IMG/VR virus record: IMGVR_UViG_3300036781_000418
Coordinates: 124,001 to 188,000 of that record
DNA: 64,000 bases
Direction: 5' to 3' (one strand)
Positions 18,541-28,367 of this stretch are shown here, piece by piece. A program made the position numbers and the translations under genes. The notes beneath the pieces were generated by a model. It searched no databases. It worked only from the letters and a program-made list of their open reading frames with translations, and was not told the origin of the DNA. Each line of letters opens with the position of its first letter. Position 1 is the first letter of the stretch.

Positions 18541-18737
18541 TTGATCTAGCAAGCCAGCGGTCCAAGGATGTGATGCTTATGTTGAGCAGCTGCATAATCA
18601 CGTTTGGTATTGGTTTCCTCTGGGGCATGTGCGCCGGTCCCAGCGTTGAAACTGATATGCAGATTGGTTTCGGCTTTACCGCCGCAAACCTCGTCTTCAT
18701 TGCACTGTTCAGGTGGATGGCATGGCTGACCGATTAA
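18537..18737 (+). CDS. Small membrane protein
   Basis: Two hydrophobic segments and an ATGA overlap. Confidence 0.5.
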   Translation: MIDLASQRSKDVMLMLSSCIITFGIGFLWGMCAGPSVETDMQIGFGFTAANLVFIALFRWMAWLTD

Positions 18738-18976
18738 ACCCTGTTCAAGAAGACGGACCGTGGACGGTCGCGCAGGAAGGTCGAGCACTGTACTCCGATG
18801 ACTTCCACCATGACGTGACCCTCAAGATCATGGGGGACTTTGCTAACGATGAAGACCGGACGGCGTACGCCAAGCACCTCGCCGCCATCCTGAACATGGC
18901 CATCCTCCAGGAAAAGCTGGTGCAAGCCAGAACCGTTACACTTTCTTCACGAGAGCGCCCGGAAGGCGGCGTATAA
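18713..18976 (+). CDS. Hypothetical protein
   Basis: 87-aa ORF in a co-directional run; start uncertain. Confidence 0.45.
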   Translation: MDGMADRLNPVQEDGPWTVAQEGRALYSDDFHHDVTLKIMGDFANDEDRTAYAKHLAAILNMAILQEKLVQARTVTLSSRERPEGGV

Positions 18977-19005
18977 TGGCCTCACGATAAATCCTGGAGA
19001 GCGTC

Positions 19006-19464
19006 ATGCAGTATGTCTGCCTTGATCGAAAAGGAAAGGTGTTGGGTCTTGTCGCCAACAATCCATACAGCTACGGGCTGATCAATAAGGACGCCGTGCC
19101 GAAGGGCACGCACAAGGCCAAGGCCAACTGGGACTTTGAGTCGTTTGAAGAAGTTGAGGCGATCGCCGAGATGCTCACGACCTTGACCAAGGCCCAGTGG
19201 ATTGCCTACGACGAAGGCCCCAGCCACTCCCCGCGCTTTGGCATCATGGAGATGTTCAAGGCTGGCGATGAAATCTCCTATGGATACAACGGTGACAGCA
19301 ACCCATGCTGCACCGTGATTCGAATCACGCCCACCCTTGTAGTCGTCGGCTCCGACGGTGAGCGTTTTCGTCGACGTGGATCCACCTCCACGTGGCGTCG
19401 TGAAGGCAGCCGTGGTTGGACCTTGTCCAAGGGTCACCACTCCAGCCGCAACCCAAGCTACTAA
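19006..19464 (+). CDS. Hypothetical phage protein
   Basis: 152 aa with a GGAG RBS and an upstream TATAAT. Confidence 0.65.
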   Translation: MQYVCLDRKGKVLGLVANNPYSYGLINKDAVPKGTHKAKANWDFESFEEVEAIAEMLTTLTKAQWIAYDEGPSHSPRFGIMEMFKAGDEISYGYNGDSNPCCTVIRITPTLVVVGSDGERFRRRGSTSTWRREGSRGWTLSKGHHSSRNPSY

Positions 19465-19478
19465 AACAAGGGAACGAG

Positions 19479-20216
19479 ATGAGTAAGATCCATTGGAAGG
19501 GTGAAGAGGTCTATCACTTCCTCTACAACTATGCCAAGATCATGTTGGACAACCCTGACATCGGCATCGCTGAAGCCGCTCGTCAAGCTCAAGAACTCTC
19601 AATCAAGGAAGGCTGGATTCAGGTCGGCCGACGTCGTGAAATCCACAACGCCTCGTTCATGAACGCGGAGTGGCGCGAAAAGCTAATCGGCATGCGTGAG
19701 AAGGTCTTGAAGGACCGCATTCTCGCAGCCGAGGCCGTCGCTGAGGAACCCAAGCCGATCGACCACGCACACGAGGCCTTGGTTACGAACGTGCTGGCTC
19801 TACTGGGCGACACACGCATTCAGCACAAGCTGCGTGAGGTAATGGGGTTACCGAACATGCTGAACTACCCCACCACCGACGCCGCGAAGGCCGTCATCTC
19901 GCCCAAGGAGAAGACCGAGGCCGTCAAGAAGAAGAAACGCATCTTCATCGTCGGCCTAAAGGGTTCCCAGCCTGACGCCATCAAGCGGTTCGCTGGAGCT
20001 CGCTTAGACCTACACTTCCTCGACGCTGGTGACAGACGTGAGCGCATGCGTGAGCAAGCCCGCTCCGCCGACGTCTCGATCGCGATGCTCAGCTTCGTCA
20101 ACCATGGAGTGACGGACGCCGTCAAGACGGCCGCTGAGAAGGCTGGTAAGGAGTACAAGCAAATCTCCGGCACCTTGGGCGATCTGCAACGCGTGATTGG
20201 TCTGATTCCATCCTAA
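19479..20216 (+). CDS. Hypothetical protein with a DUF2325-like C-terminal Rossmannoid domain
   Basis: C-terminus IFIVGLKG...ADVSIAMLSFVNHGVTDAVKTAAEKAGKEY resembles DUF2325. Confidence 0.5.
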   Translation: MSKIHWKGEEVYHFLYNYAKIMLDNPDIGIAEAARQAQELSIKEGWIQVGRRREIHNASFMNAEWREKLIGMREKVLKDRILAAEAVAEEPKPIDHAHEALVTNVLALLGDTRIQHKLREVMGLPNMLNYPTTDAAKAVISPKEKTEAVKKKKRIFIVGLKGSQPDAIKRFAGARLDLHFLDAGDRRERMREQARSADVSIAMLSFVNHGVTDAVKTAAEKAGKEYKQISGTLGDLQRVIGLIPS

Positions 20217-20282
20217 ACGTAGGTCACCTCGATCCTTCAGAAAGGGCCCTATGGGCCCTTTGTTGCGTCTTACAATTGCAGT

Positions 20283-21425
20283 ATGGATGCACTTCACTAC
20301 ATCACACAATTCAAGCTGACCCCAGCGTGGGCTTCCATGCTGAGCACGGTCGAGGACTCCACATGGCACCGTGAGGAGAACGTCGCGGTACACACCGAGA
20401 TGTCGATCACAAAGTACCTGGAAAGTTACTCAACGATCCACACCGCCCAACAGCAGAAGCTCTGTCTCCTGGCCTTGCTCTACCACGACGTTGGTAAGCC
20501 CGCCGCCGAGGAGCTCAAGACGAAGGAGGACGGAACAACGTATCGCCGGTACTCTGGCCACGAACAGGACTCCGCCGTCGCGTTCATGCAGGACTATGTT
20601 CGAGTGCCGGAGCTGCGCACACTCCTGAACCTGCAGGAAGCACGTGCCGTCCGGTGGATCATCGAGAATCACCTGCCGTATGGCTACACGCGAGAGGAGA
20701 AACGCGGAGGCCTCGCCGTTGCACTACGTGGGGCCCTGAGCACCGCGGGCGTGGTCGATGAGACGTTCTATGCGTGCCTCCGCTCCGATGCAGCCGGCCG
20801 CATTTCCGACGACCACGAGGTGAAGCTCGCAAACGTTGAGTCCTGGATCGCTGAGTTCGACCTCCTGCCGAAGGAACCACGAACTTCGTTCAAGACGAAC
20901 CGGAACATGTACATCCTTGTCGGGCCGTCCGGTTCTGGTAAGACGACGTGGCGCACTCGGATGTCGACCCTCACCAACGGCATCTTCGGCATTCGCATCA
21001 TGTCGGTGGACGACCTGCGCGTGGCGTACTTCAACCTTGTTCACGCTGAGCTTCAGCTGGATGAAGCCGAACGGTACCGTCAAGCGTGGGACTTCACATG
21101 TGCTGACAAGGAGTTCACTAAGTGGGCGGACGCGGCAATTGACCGTCAGTACAAGCTAGCGGAGCAGCATCACTGTTCCGTGATCGTGGACATGACGAAC
21201 GGCGGCCGCAAGAAGCGAGTGCAGTGGACGGACCGTGCGAAGAAGGAGAAGCTTAACGTCATCATCGTTGAGTTTTGGAGCACCTTTGAAACGCTCATCA
21301 AGCGTCAGAAGACGCGCGGCGACAAGGCCGTTCCGGCCAGCGCGGTTCACAGTCAACTCTACGCTACCAACACCGCGTGGCAGGGTTATGAGTGTGATAC
21401 CGTCATCTTGGAGATTGGAGCCTAA
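20283..21425 (+). CDS. HD-domain phosphohydrolase fused to a P-loop polynucleotide-kinase-like domain
   Basis: WHREENVAVHT, LLYHDVGKP, GHEQDS, IENHL and SDAAGR (HD domain); LVGPSGSGKTT and VIVDMTN (kinase). Confidence 0.85.
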   Translation: MDALHYITQFKLTPAWASMLSTVEDSTWHREENVAVHTEMSITKYLESYSTIHTAQQQKLCLLALLYHDVGKPAAEELKTKEDGTTYRRYSGHEQDSAVAFMQDYVRVPELRTLLNLQEARAVRWIIENHLPYGYTREEKRGGLAVALRGALSTAGVVDETFYACLRSDAAGRISDDHEVKLANVESWIAEFDLLPKEPRTSFKTNRNMYILVGPSGSGKTTWRTRMSTLTNGIFGIRIMSVDDLRVAYFNLVHAELQLDEAERYRQAWDFTCADKEFTKWADAAIDRQYKLAEQHHCSVIVDMTNGGRKKRVQWTDRAKKEKLNVIIVEFWSTFETLIKRQKTRGDKAVPASAVHSQLYATNTAWQGYECDTVILEIGA

Positions 21426-21427
21426 CC

Positions 21428-21769
21428 ATGCTGATCGCCAGGTACTTCCCGTCCTTCTGCGATGACGATGACTTCGACGACTACGTCACTGAAGTCCTGA
21501 CAATGGAGGCGCTGCTCGCCCTCCCTTGGGTAAAGGAGTGGGAGAAGCTGGACGGCTTCACCGGCTGGTTTATCCGTGAACACATCCTCATCGCGGGTGT
21601 CGACACCACGGGGCCAAGGGCACGTCAAGGTTGGCCAATCAAAGACGGCTGCTACGTGGCCTACGCGATCTACAACCGCGCTGAACCCTACCTGTGGGCG
21701 CCCACGGCAACTCGCGATCTGGTGCAGCTCTCGCTTCTGCCTTGCGTCTCAGACGTGAAGACATACTAA
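21428..21769 (+). CDS. Hypothetical protein
   Basis: 113-aa ORF downstream of the HD-kinase gene. Confidence 0.55.
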   Translation: MLIARYFPSFCDDDDFDDYVTEVLTMEALLALPWVKEWEKLDGFTGWFIREHILIAGVDTTGPRARQGWPIKDGCYVAYAIYNRAEPYLWAPTATRDLVQLSLLPCVSDVKTY

Positions 21770-21792
21770 CCACCGCGCCACCAAACGCACAC

Positions 21793-21812
21793 GAGGGACC
21801 TTCGGGTCCCTC
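21793..21812. terminator. UUCG hairpin (terminator or stabiliser)
   Basis: gagggacc-TTCG-ggtccctc, with only a weak U tract. Confidence 0.55.
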
Positions 21813-22021
21813 AACTGTTATGCGCTTCACCTAACACGCCCACGACAACCGGCGTCCCATACTGCCACGTCCACGCAAGACTACCGACCCAGTCAGCCGC
21901 ATACAATTCATCTTCTACGCTGTTGAACAAACGGTGTTGATCGAGAAAGTCGCTAAATAGACAAGCTGCTTAACTGCAGTGTTTCTCGATTTTCATTTTT
22001 TCAAGTTTAGGAGATTTTTGT

Positions 22022-22888
22022 ATGACCACGAAACTGACCGTAGCCGACCTCGCCGCAGCCTTTGACAAGAAGGCATCCGCCGGCAATGGCAACCCTACCT
22101 GGAAGTTGTTCTTCTCTTTCTGGAAAGCACCCGTCGATTCCACGACGACCGTTCGCTTCCTGCCTGACGCTGACACCAGCAACCCCTTCGCCTTCCTCGT
22201 CCAGAACTTCACCCATGAACTCTTCATCAATGGGAAGAAGCAGGTCGTCGCCTGCTTGAAGATGTACGGTGAGGACTGCCCGATCTGCGCGCTGTCTGCT
22301 CACTTCTACGACGAGAAGAGCCCTGACCACAACAAGGAAATGGGCAAGAAGTTCTACCGCAAGATGTCGTACATCGGCCAAGTGCTGGTTCTGGACACCC
22401 CAGTTCCACACCCAGACGAAAACCAACTCGTGAAGCTGATCGACTTTGGACCGCAGATCTTCAAGCAGATCGACGCTGGCTTCAAGAGCGGTGACATGGA
22501 CGAAGTTCCGTACGACTACAAGGGTGGATACAACTTCCGTATCCGCAAGACCTTGACTGGCCAAGGTCAGAACTCGTACATCACCTCGAACTTCGCGCCG
22601 AAGCAACAGCCTCTGGCCGACGATCTGATCGAGAAGATTCAGCTGTTCAACCTCGCTGAGTACCGCGAGAAGAAGACTCCGCGTGAAACGCTGGAAGCTA
22701 TGCTGCTGTCCGCTTCGACGGGCGCTCCGATGGAAGTTGCTGGCAGTGATGCACCAGCCTCGACCGACGACGCACCAGCGACCGCACCGGCTGCGACTCC
22801 CGTCGCAACTCCAGCCGTGACCTCGGGCATGTCAGCGGTAGAAGCGCTTCGCGCTCGAACTCTGGCCATGGCCCAGAACGCTGAGTAA
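22022..22888 (+). CDS. Single-stranded DNA-binding protein, T4 gp32-like
   Basis: TTVRFLPD, CLKMYGEDCPIC, KKFYRKMSY, FGPQIFK, GYNFRIRK and YITSNF. TAAATA at 21954-21959. Confidence 0.92.
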   Translation: MTTKLTVADLAAAFDKKASAGNGNPTWKLFFSFWKAPVDSTTTVRFLPDADTSNPFAFLVQNFTHELFINGKKQVVACLKMYGEDCPICALSAHFYDEKSPDHNKEMGKKFYRKMSYIGQVLVLDTPVPHPDENQLVKLIDFGPQIFKQIDAGFKSGDMDEVPYDYKGGYNFRIRKTLTGQGQNSYITSNFAPKQQPLADDLIEKIQLFNLAEYREKKTPRETLEAMLLSASTGAPMEVAGSDAPASTDDAPATAPAATPVATPAVTSGMSAVEALRARTLAMAQNAE

Positions 22889-22903
22889 GTAACTGCTTAA
22901 GCA

Positions 22904-22931
22904 GCAGGGCTAAGGGATTCCTTAGCCCTTT
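22904..22931 (+). terminator. Rho-independent terminator
   Basis: agggctaagg-gatt-ccttagccct followed by TTT. Confidence 0.7.
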
Positions 22932-22953
22932 TCTCGTCTCTACAGGAGTAAAC

Positions 22954-24027
22954 ATGGCTCTCTCGTTCCTCAAGGATTTTAAGAAGACTGCCGCCAAGCT
23001 CGACACCGTCGGCGTTGGCATTCGATCAACTGAGGTGTGGCTCAGCACCGGTAACTACGCGCTTAACCGCGCCCTGAGCGGGGACTTTCTCAAGGGCATC
23101 CCACTGTCCAAGCTGACGCTGTTCGCCGGCCCATCGGGCTCGGGCAAGTCGTTCATTGCGGGCAACCTTGTCAGGCAAGCCCAGCTTGATGGGTATCACA
23201 TCCTCTTCCTCGACTCTGAACACGCGATCGACGTTGACTACCTCGCCAAGATCGGCGTGGACGTCAGTGAAGAAGCGCTGACCTACATGTCGGTGGCCAC
23301 CATCGAGGACGTGAACGCCATCTTGGCGAACTTCTTCTCGGGCTACATCAAGTCCTACGGCAAGGACAACCCCGACGCCCAAAAGACGCTCATCGTCATG
23401 GACTCACTCGCCATGCTGTCATCCTCCACCGAAATGGAGAACTACGACGGCAAGGGCATCGTCAAGGGCGACCAAGGCCAGCTGGCCAAGCGGCGCAAGG
23501 CCATGCTGCGGATGGCGGTTGGCCACATCGGTCGACTGCCAATCTCCATGGTGTTGACCGACCACGTGTACCCACAGGATATCATGATGGGCGACGGTGC
23601 TTGGGCCATCACCAACTCAACCAAGTTCTCGGTGTCGATCATCGGCATCATTACGAAGTTGAAGCTGCGTGAAGAGGGTGAAGTTACTGGTGTGCGCATG
23701 AAGTTCGAGACCTACAAGTCTCGCTTCGCGAAGCTGGGCACGAAGGTCGAGCTGGAGGTGCCGTACAACAAGGGCATGTCCTCAACAAGTGGTCTGCTTG
23801 AGTTGCTTGGCCCAGATGGTATGGGCGTGATCGCCAAGGGTACCCAGCCCGGTGAGAAGCTGTCTTGGGTTTGTGAATACGGCGAGGTTCGCCTCGTGTT
23901 CAAGGAGAAGGACTTCACCGACGTACTCGCACGAGAGGTGCTTAAGCATCCAATGTGTGCGCCGATGTTGGCCCGAGCCGAGGTTCCAGAAGTGGAACCT
24001 ACTGACGACGAAGTCGAAGCAGTTTGA
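22954..24027 (+). CDS. uvsX: RecA/UvsX recombinase
   Basis: STGNYALN, GPSGSGKS (Walker A), DSEHA and IVMDSL (Walker B). Confidence 0.92.
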   Translation: MALSFLKDFKKTAAKLDTVGVGIRSTEVWLSTGNYALNRALSGDFLKGIPLSKLTLFAGPSGSGKSFIAGNLVRQAQLDGYHILFLDSEHAIDVDYLAKIGVDVSEEALTYMSVATIEDVNAILANFFSGYIKSYGKDNPDAQKTLIVMDSLAMLSSSTEMENYDGKGIVKGDQGQLAKRRKAMLRMAVGHIGRLPISMVLTDHVYPQDIMMGDGAWAITNSTKFSVSIIGIITKLKLREEGEVTGVRMKFETYKSRFAKLGTKVELEVPYNKGMSSTSGLLELLGPDGMGVIAKGTQPGEKLSWVCEYGEVRLVFKEKDFTDVLAREVLKHPMCAPMLARAEVPEVEPTDDEVEAV

Positions 24028-24098
24028 ACGGAGGGGCTTCGGCCCCTCTCGTCCTATGTGTGGGTGTCCAACGGCACCCACCTTGATAAAGTACTCGA

Positions 24099-24563
24099 AT
24101 GAACATCTTTAAGCTTAGCACCGACATCAATCAGCTGCAGCTCCAGATGATCGCGTTCTTCGATCGGTGGGAACAGCAGATCAAGCTGGCTGAACCTCTC
24201 TTTAAGATCGAGGGCTCCAAACTCGAGGACCTTGCACGCACGATTCCACAGCACCAGTTCCACTTTGCTGGGCTGGCCCAGGAGGCGAAGGCTGCGGTTA
24301 AATACTTCGAGTCCATGCTTGAACAGCAAGAGGCCATCTACGCCAAGAACTACGCGCACGGCAACCGTGCCTACGGTTCACGTGAGGTCCAGCAGTTCAT
24401 CCAAGGCGAGAAGGAGGTGGTTGAGATGAAGCAGTTGATCGTCCAAGCCGCCTTCTACCAAAACCAGCTCGCTGAAATCGTCGAGGCCATCAAACAAATG
24501 GGGTGGATGCTCGGCCATATCGTCAAGCTCCGTGTCGCATCACTTGAAGAGACCATCATCTAA
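24099..24563 (+). CDS. UvsY-like recombination mediator
   Basis: All-helical 154 aa between UvsX and UvsW, ending IKQMGWMLGHIVKLR as UvsY-like proteins do. Confidence 0.65.
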   Translation: MNIFKLSTDINQLQLQMIAFFDRWEQQIKLAEPLFKIEGSKLEDLARTIPQHQFHFAGLAQEAKAAVKYFESMLEQQEAIYAKNYAHGNRAYGSREVQQFIQGEKEVVEMKQLIVQAAFYQNQLAEIVEAIKQMGWMLGHIVKLRVASLEETII

Positions 24564-25060
24564 TGAACAAATTTTACAACTCCTTCTCCGACTACCAGTT
24601 CAACCAGCAAACCATGCAAGTGGCGCCACCGATCACCAGTGGTGGAGTTCTGGGTGGTGGCGTATCGTACGGCGTCATTGCGCAGCCAGTCCAGCTGACC
24701 GCAGCCGCGCCAGCGTTCGTCACGTACCAAACCTACAACTTGACAAGTGGCGCCCAGATGGGCTGGTCTGACATGAAGGTGGAGGCTAACCCGGCCACGC
24801 AGCCGTCCACGCACCACGACTGCTTCAACCAACGCGCCGACAGCACCGATAGCATCACCACGATGTTCGCTGGCTGGTTGCCTGACGGCCGCAACGTCGT
24901 CATGACGTTGAGCCCAGAGCAGAACATCACACCACGTGACTCGCTCAAGCTGCAGGAGCTGATCGCCTTCATGACCGATTCCAAGGCCAAGGGCAAGCTT
25001 AACCCGTACGCCTACGCCATGAAGCACCACATCATCCAGCACTTCAAGCTGGAGGTCTGA
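24563..25060 (+). CDS. Hypothetical protein
   Basis: 165 aa, translationally coupled on both sides. Confidence 0.6.
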   Translation: MNKFYNSFSDYQFNQQTMQVAPPITSGGVLGGGVSYGVIAQPVQLTAAAPAFVTYQTYNLTSGAQMGWSDMKVEANPATQPSTHHDCFNQRADSTDSITTMFAGWLPDGRNVVMTLSPEQNITPRDSLKLQELIAFMTDSKAKGKLNPYAYAMKHHIIQHFKLEV

Positions 25061-26472
25061 TGACCAAGAAGGCCGACATCTGGGTGCATGACGAAGTCTA
25101 CGCCCACATCAAAGGTCTTCAACCCCAGGACCGACAGTTCCTTTGGAACAAGTTTGGCATTGAGGTTGAAGGCTCCTTCTACATGCCGGCCCGCCGCACT
25201 GGTCGCTGGGACGGCAAGTTGCGCTTCTTCGACAAGGAAGACCGCATCTTCATTCGGCTGTTGGATGAGCTGATTCCCTACCTTGACAAGTGGGGCTACG
25301 AGGTTGAGCTGCACGACGAGCGTAAGCCCGTCCAGCTTATCAAGTCGCGCATCACTGAGGACTACTTCATCAAGGATCCGGACCAGCCAATCAAGGTGAA
25401 GCTGCGCCCATACCAAGTGCACGCCATCAACAAGGCGATGGACTCAACGTACGGCATTCTTGAGATGGCAACGGGCTCAGGTAAGTCGTTGACGATCGCC
25501 GGCATCTGCGCCCTCTTTACGGAGAACGACAAGCGCTGCATGGTGATCGTGCCGTCGGCCGACTTGGTTGGCCAGACGTCAGCCTCCTATCAACTCGTCG
25601 GCATTCCACATGGTACCTACTCAGGCAGTGCCAAGGACCTCTCTCAGCCACACGTCGTGGCCACGTGGCAGGCCCTGCAGAACAACCCTTCGATCGTGAA
25701 GGACTTCGACTGCATCATCATTGACGAGACGCACGGCGCAACGGCCGAGGTCGTGGGCAAGCTGATCTGCGACCACGCCAAGCACGTGCCGTACCGCTTC
25801 GGCTTTACAGGCACGATGCCCAAGAAGCAAACCGACCTCTACACCTTGCGGGGTTCGATCGGTGAGGTGCTCTACCAAATCTCGGCGGCCGAGCTCATTC
25901 AAATGGGTTACCTCGCTGATTTGGAGATTACGCCGGTTGAGGTGCAGGCTGACGTTGATGAGGAGTTTCCAGACTACGGCTCTGAGAAGACCTACTTGGC
26001 GTCCAACACCGAGCGACTTGACCTGCTGGCCGACTTCATCGTGAACACGTGCGAAAAGCACGGCAACACGCTGGTCCTTGTCAACTCCATCAAGCAGGGC
26101 CGCAAGCTGGAAAAGCTGATCAAGGACTCCGTCTTCCTCTGTGGTGCGACGGAGAACGAGGTCCGAGCCGAGTGGTACTCAACCTTCGCTGACCGTGACG
26201 ATTTGATCGTGATCGCAACAGCTGGGATCGCGTCAACCGGAATTTCGATTGACCGTATCTTTGCCCTTGTTATGATTGACTCTGGCAAGTCGTTCATTCG
26301 GTGCATTCAGTCCATTGGACGCGCAATTCGGAAGAACGGCGACAAGGTACGAGCGGCCGTGTACGACATCTACTCCTCCCTGAAGTGGAGTAAGAAGCAC
26401 GCTAGAGAGCGTCAGAAGTTTTACAAGGAAGCGAAGTACCCACTTAACAAAGTTGCAAAGGTGAAGGCATGA
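25060..26472 (+). CDS. uvsW: UvsW-like SF2 DNA helicase
   Basis: LRPYQ, ATGSGKS, DETH, GFTGT, STGISI and QSIGRAIR. Confidence 0.92.
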   Translation: MTKKADIWVHDEVYAHIKGLQPQDRQFLWNKFGIEVEGSFYMPARRTGRWDGKLRFFDKEDRIFIRLLDELIPYLDKWGYEVELHDERKPVQLIKSRITEDYFIKDPDQPIKVKLRPYQVHAINKAMDSTYGILEMATGSGKSLTIAGICALFTENDKRCMVIVPSADLVGQTSASYQLVGIPHGTYSGSAKDLSQPHVVATWQALQNNPSIVKDFDCIIIDETHGATAEVVGKLICDHAKHVPYRFGFTGTMPKKQTDLYTLRGSIGEVLYQISAAELIQMGYLADLEITPVEVQADVDEEFPDYGSEKTYLASNTERLDLLADFIVNTCEKHGNTLVLVNSIKQGRKLEKLIKDSVFLCGATENEVRAEWYSTFADRDDLIVIATAGIASTGISIDRIFALVMIDSGKSFIRCIQSIGRAIRKNGDKVRAAVYDIYSSLKWSKKHARERQKFYKEAKYPLNKVAKVKA

Positions 26473-26789
26473 CCGAAGCTGTACCGACACGCGTAGTTGT
26501 CCAGTTTAGTGTTGAGGACATGGATGGGTTGGTGGTAGCGTTTGGTGAAACCGCCGTCATTTACGTTGATGGAAAACACTGCGCCTCCACGATGAAGTAC
26601 ACAGGGCTAGATTTTAAGATTAAGGCGGATAAACATGGTTGAACTAGAAGACGTCGAGCTGAAGCTCTTAGCCACAATGGTGGCCGAGGTTCGCTGCAAA
26701 TCCAACGAGGTTGGTGACATCCATACGGCGGTCTTGGAGGCCGTGCGCATGGTGTTGTACCGCTACGGTGGCTCGATCGTGGAGGCGCA

Positions 26790-27167
26790 GTGGCCATGAC
26801 AACTTCAACTGAAATCCGTGAGTGGTTCAGCGATGACGCCGAAAATCGACAGCGTGAGACGATCAGCCACTTCATCTGCGATAAGCGCGTGGACGTTGAG
26901 GAGCGGTTGGCCATCTGGCGAGAAACGCCAGACAACTTGGCTACCACTCTCAACTACATCACCGATGTCGACCTGCCCGTGTTTGAGTCAATGTACTCAG
27001 ACTTCAACATTTTCGAGGTGGTGGCTGAAATTGGTAGCAAGTACCAGGAGGTTGACCTTCGTGAGGTCACTGGCTACTTGACGGAAAAGTACACCACTGA
27101 AGAGCTGCGTGCCCTTGACGTCGAGCTCATGGAACACGGCGCCCACTACGTTATCTTGGATTGGTAA
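26790..27167 (+). CDS. Hypothetical protein
   Basis: Acidic 125-aa ORF. Confidence 0.55.
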   Translation: MAMTTSTEIREWFSDDAENRQRETISHFICDKRVDVEERLAIWRETPDNLATTLNYITDVDLPVFESMYSDFNIFEVVAEIGSKYQEVDLREVTGYLTEKYTTEELRALDVELMEHGAHYVILDW

Positions 27168-27170
27168 ATC

Positions 27171-27578
27171 ATGTACTACACCGCAACTATCCTTACCCTT
27201 GATCAACCAACCGGCAACGGCCGAACCTACACGACTGAGGTGGCGCGTGAGATGATCGAGCAGCATTACAAGCGCCACATTCAAACTGGCAAGGCCAGCT
27301 TCGGCCAGTTTGGATACCCAACTGAAGAATCCAAACAGGCAACGATCGACCTGAACTCGGTCTCGCATGTAGTCGAAAGTCTGCGTGTCGAAGACGGCAA
27401 GTTGGTGGGCACCATTCGCGTGCTTGGATCTCCATTGGGCAATATCCTCAAGGAGCTGTTGTTGAACAACACCCCCAACTGTGGCTTCCGCCCGCGCGGT
27501 CTTGCCTGTGTCACTCACGAAGGCGTCATCTTCAACTACGAGTACATCAGCATCGACTTCACTCGCAACCCTGCATGA
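27171..27578 (+). CDS. Prohead-protease paralog lacking the catalytic His and Ser
   Basis: Aligns by eye with 5743..6354 over its full length (GNGRTY, IDLNSVSH, VLGSPLG, IDF), but has GQFGYP and GFRPRG at the catalytic motifs. Confidence 0.75.
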   Translation: MYYTATILTLDQPTGNGRTYTTEVAREMIEQHYKRHIQTGKASFGQFGYPTEESKQATIDLNSVSHVVESLRVEDGKLVGTIRVLGSPLGNILKELLLNNTPNCGFRPRGLACVTHEGVIFNYEYISIDFTRNPA

Positions 27579-27844
27579 AGGCGCGTCAACTCAAGTATGC
27601 CTTGCAGCGCCAAGGCCCGCGCCGAATTCAGGCGGAGGGTATGGAACGGTACCCTGAAGACGGCACGCCACCCAACTACGTGGCTATCACGAAGATCGTG
27701 GTGCCAACACAGCGAGACAAGGACGAGCTGTTGAGGGCGATAGAGTACATTCACTATCTGCGTGAGCTAGACACCGACTACATCGCGGTGAATACGCTGG
27801 CCCACATGTACCTACGCCCTGAACTTATCGAAGTAGCACCATGA
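27575..27844 (+). CDS. Hypothetical protein
   Basis: 89 aa with ATGA overlaps. Confidence 0.55.
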   Translation: MKARQLKYALQRQGPRRIQAEGMERYPEDGTPPNYVAITKIVVPTQRDKDELLRAIEYIHYLRELDTDYIAVNTLAHMYLRPELIEVAP

Positions 27845-28359
27845 TCATCCTCAACGAAATCAACCGTCTGTACCTGCTGGACAGCCTTACCTCGCCGTTG
27901 CCTGAAGGCAGCCGCTTTCACTGGACGTTCAGTGCCCAGCAGCTCGACTTCATGCTCTCGGAGATGCAGTACCTTGAGGAGTACGAGGGCAGCTGTGTGA
28001 GCCTGATTACTGAGGACTCCACCATCACCGTGCCGACCAGCTGGAACGTGATGATCGTGGACCGTGAGACGTACACCGTTGAGATGATTCCAGCCCACCT
28101 CGCGGCCGTGTTCAACCACGACGTCATGGTGTTCTCGCCGACCGACACGAAGTTGCAGACCGTAAAGATTCGTGTCGACCAGCTGCTTGAAGACCACCGC
28201 ATCGTCTACCCATCGTTCGACAAGTCGTCCGCGATGGTCTACGGCATCGCCCCGAAGCTGCAGCTTGGCCGTGACCCAATGGCACGTGGCATCATCGTTG
28301 GCCCGTCCGACCTCTTCCGCTACATCAACCGCAAGACGGTTGGCGACATTCTCTCCTAA
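27841..28359 (+). CDS. Hypothetical phage protein
   Basis: 172 aa, globular composition, strong phage codon usage. Confidence 0.65.
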   Translation: MIILNEINRLYLLDSLTSPLPEGSRFHWTFSAQQLDFMLSEMQYLEEYEGSCVSLITEDSTITVPTSWNVMIVDRETYTVEMIPAHLAAVFNHDVMVFSPTDTKLQTVKIRVDQLLEDHRIVYPSFDKSSAMVYGIAPKLQLGRDPMARGIIVGPSDLFRYINRKTVGDILS

Positions 28360-28367
28360 GGAAAACC

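Noticed and set aside
21813-21935. Possible small minus-strand ORF (..FNSVEDELYAADWVGSLAWTWQYGTPVVVGVLGEAHNS*)
   Set aside because: Only a TTG start with no clear RBS; too short to support without conservation data.
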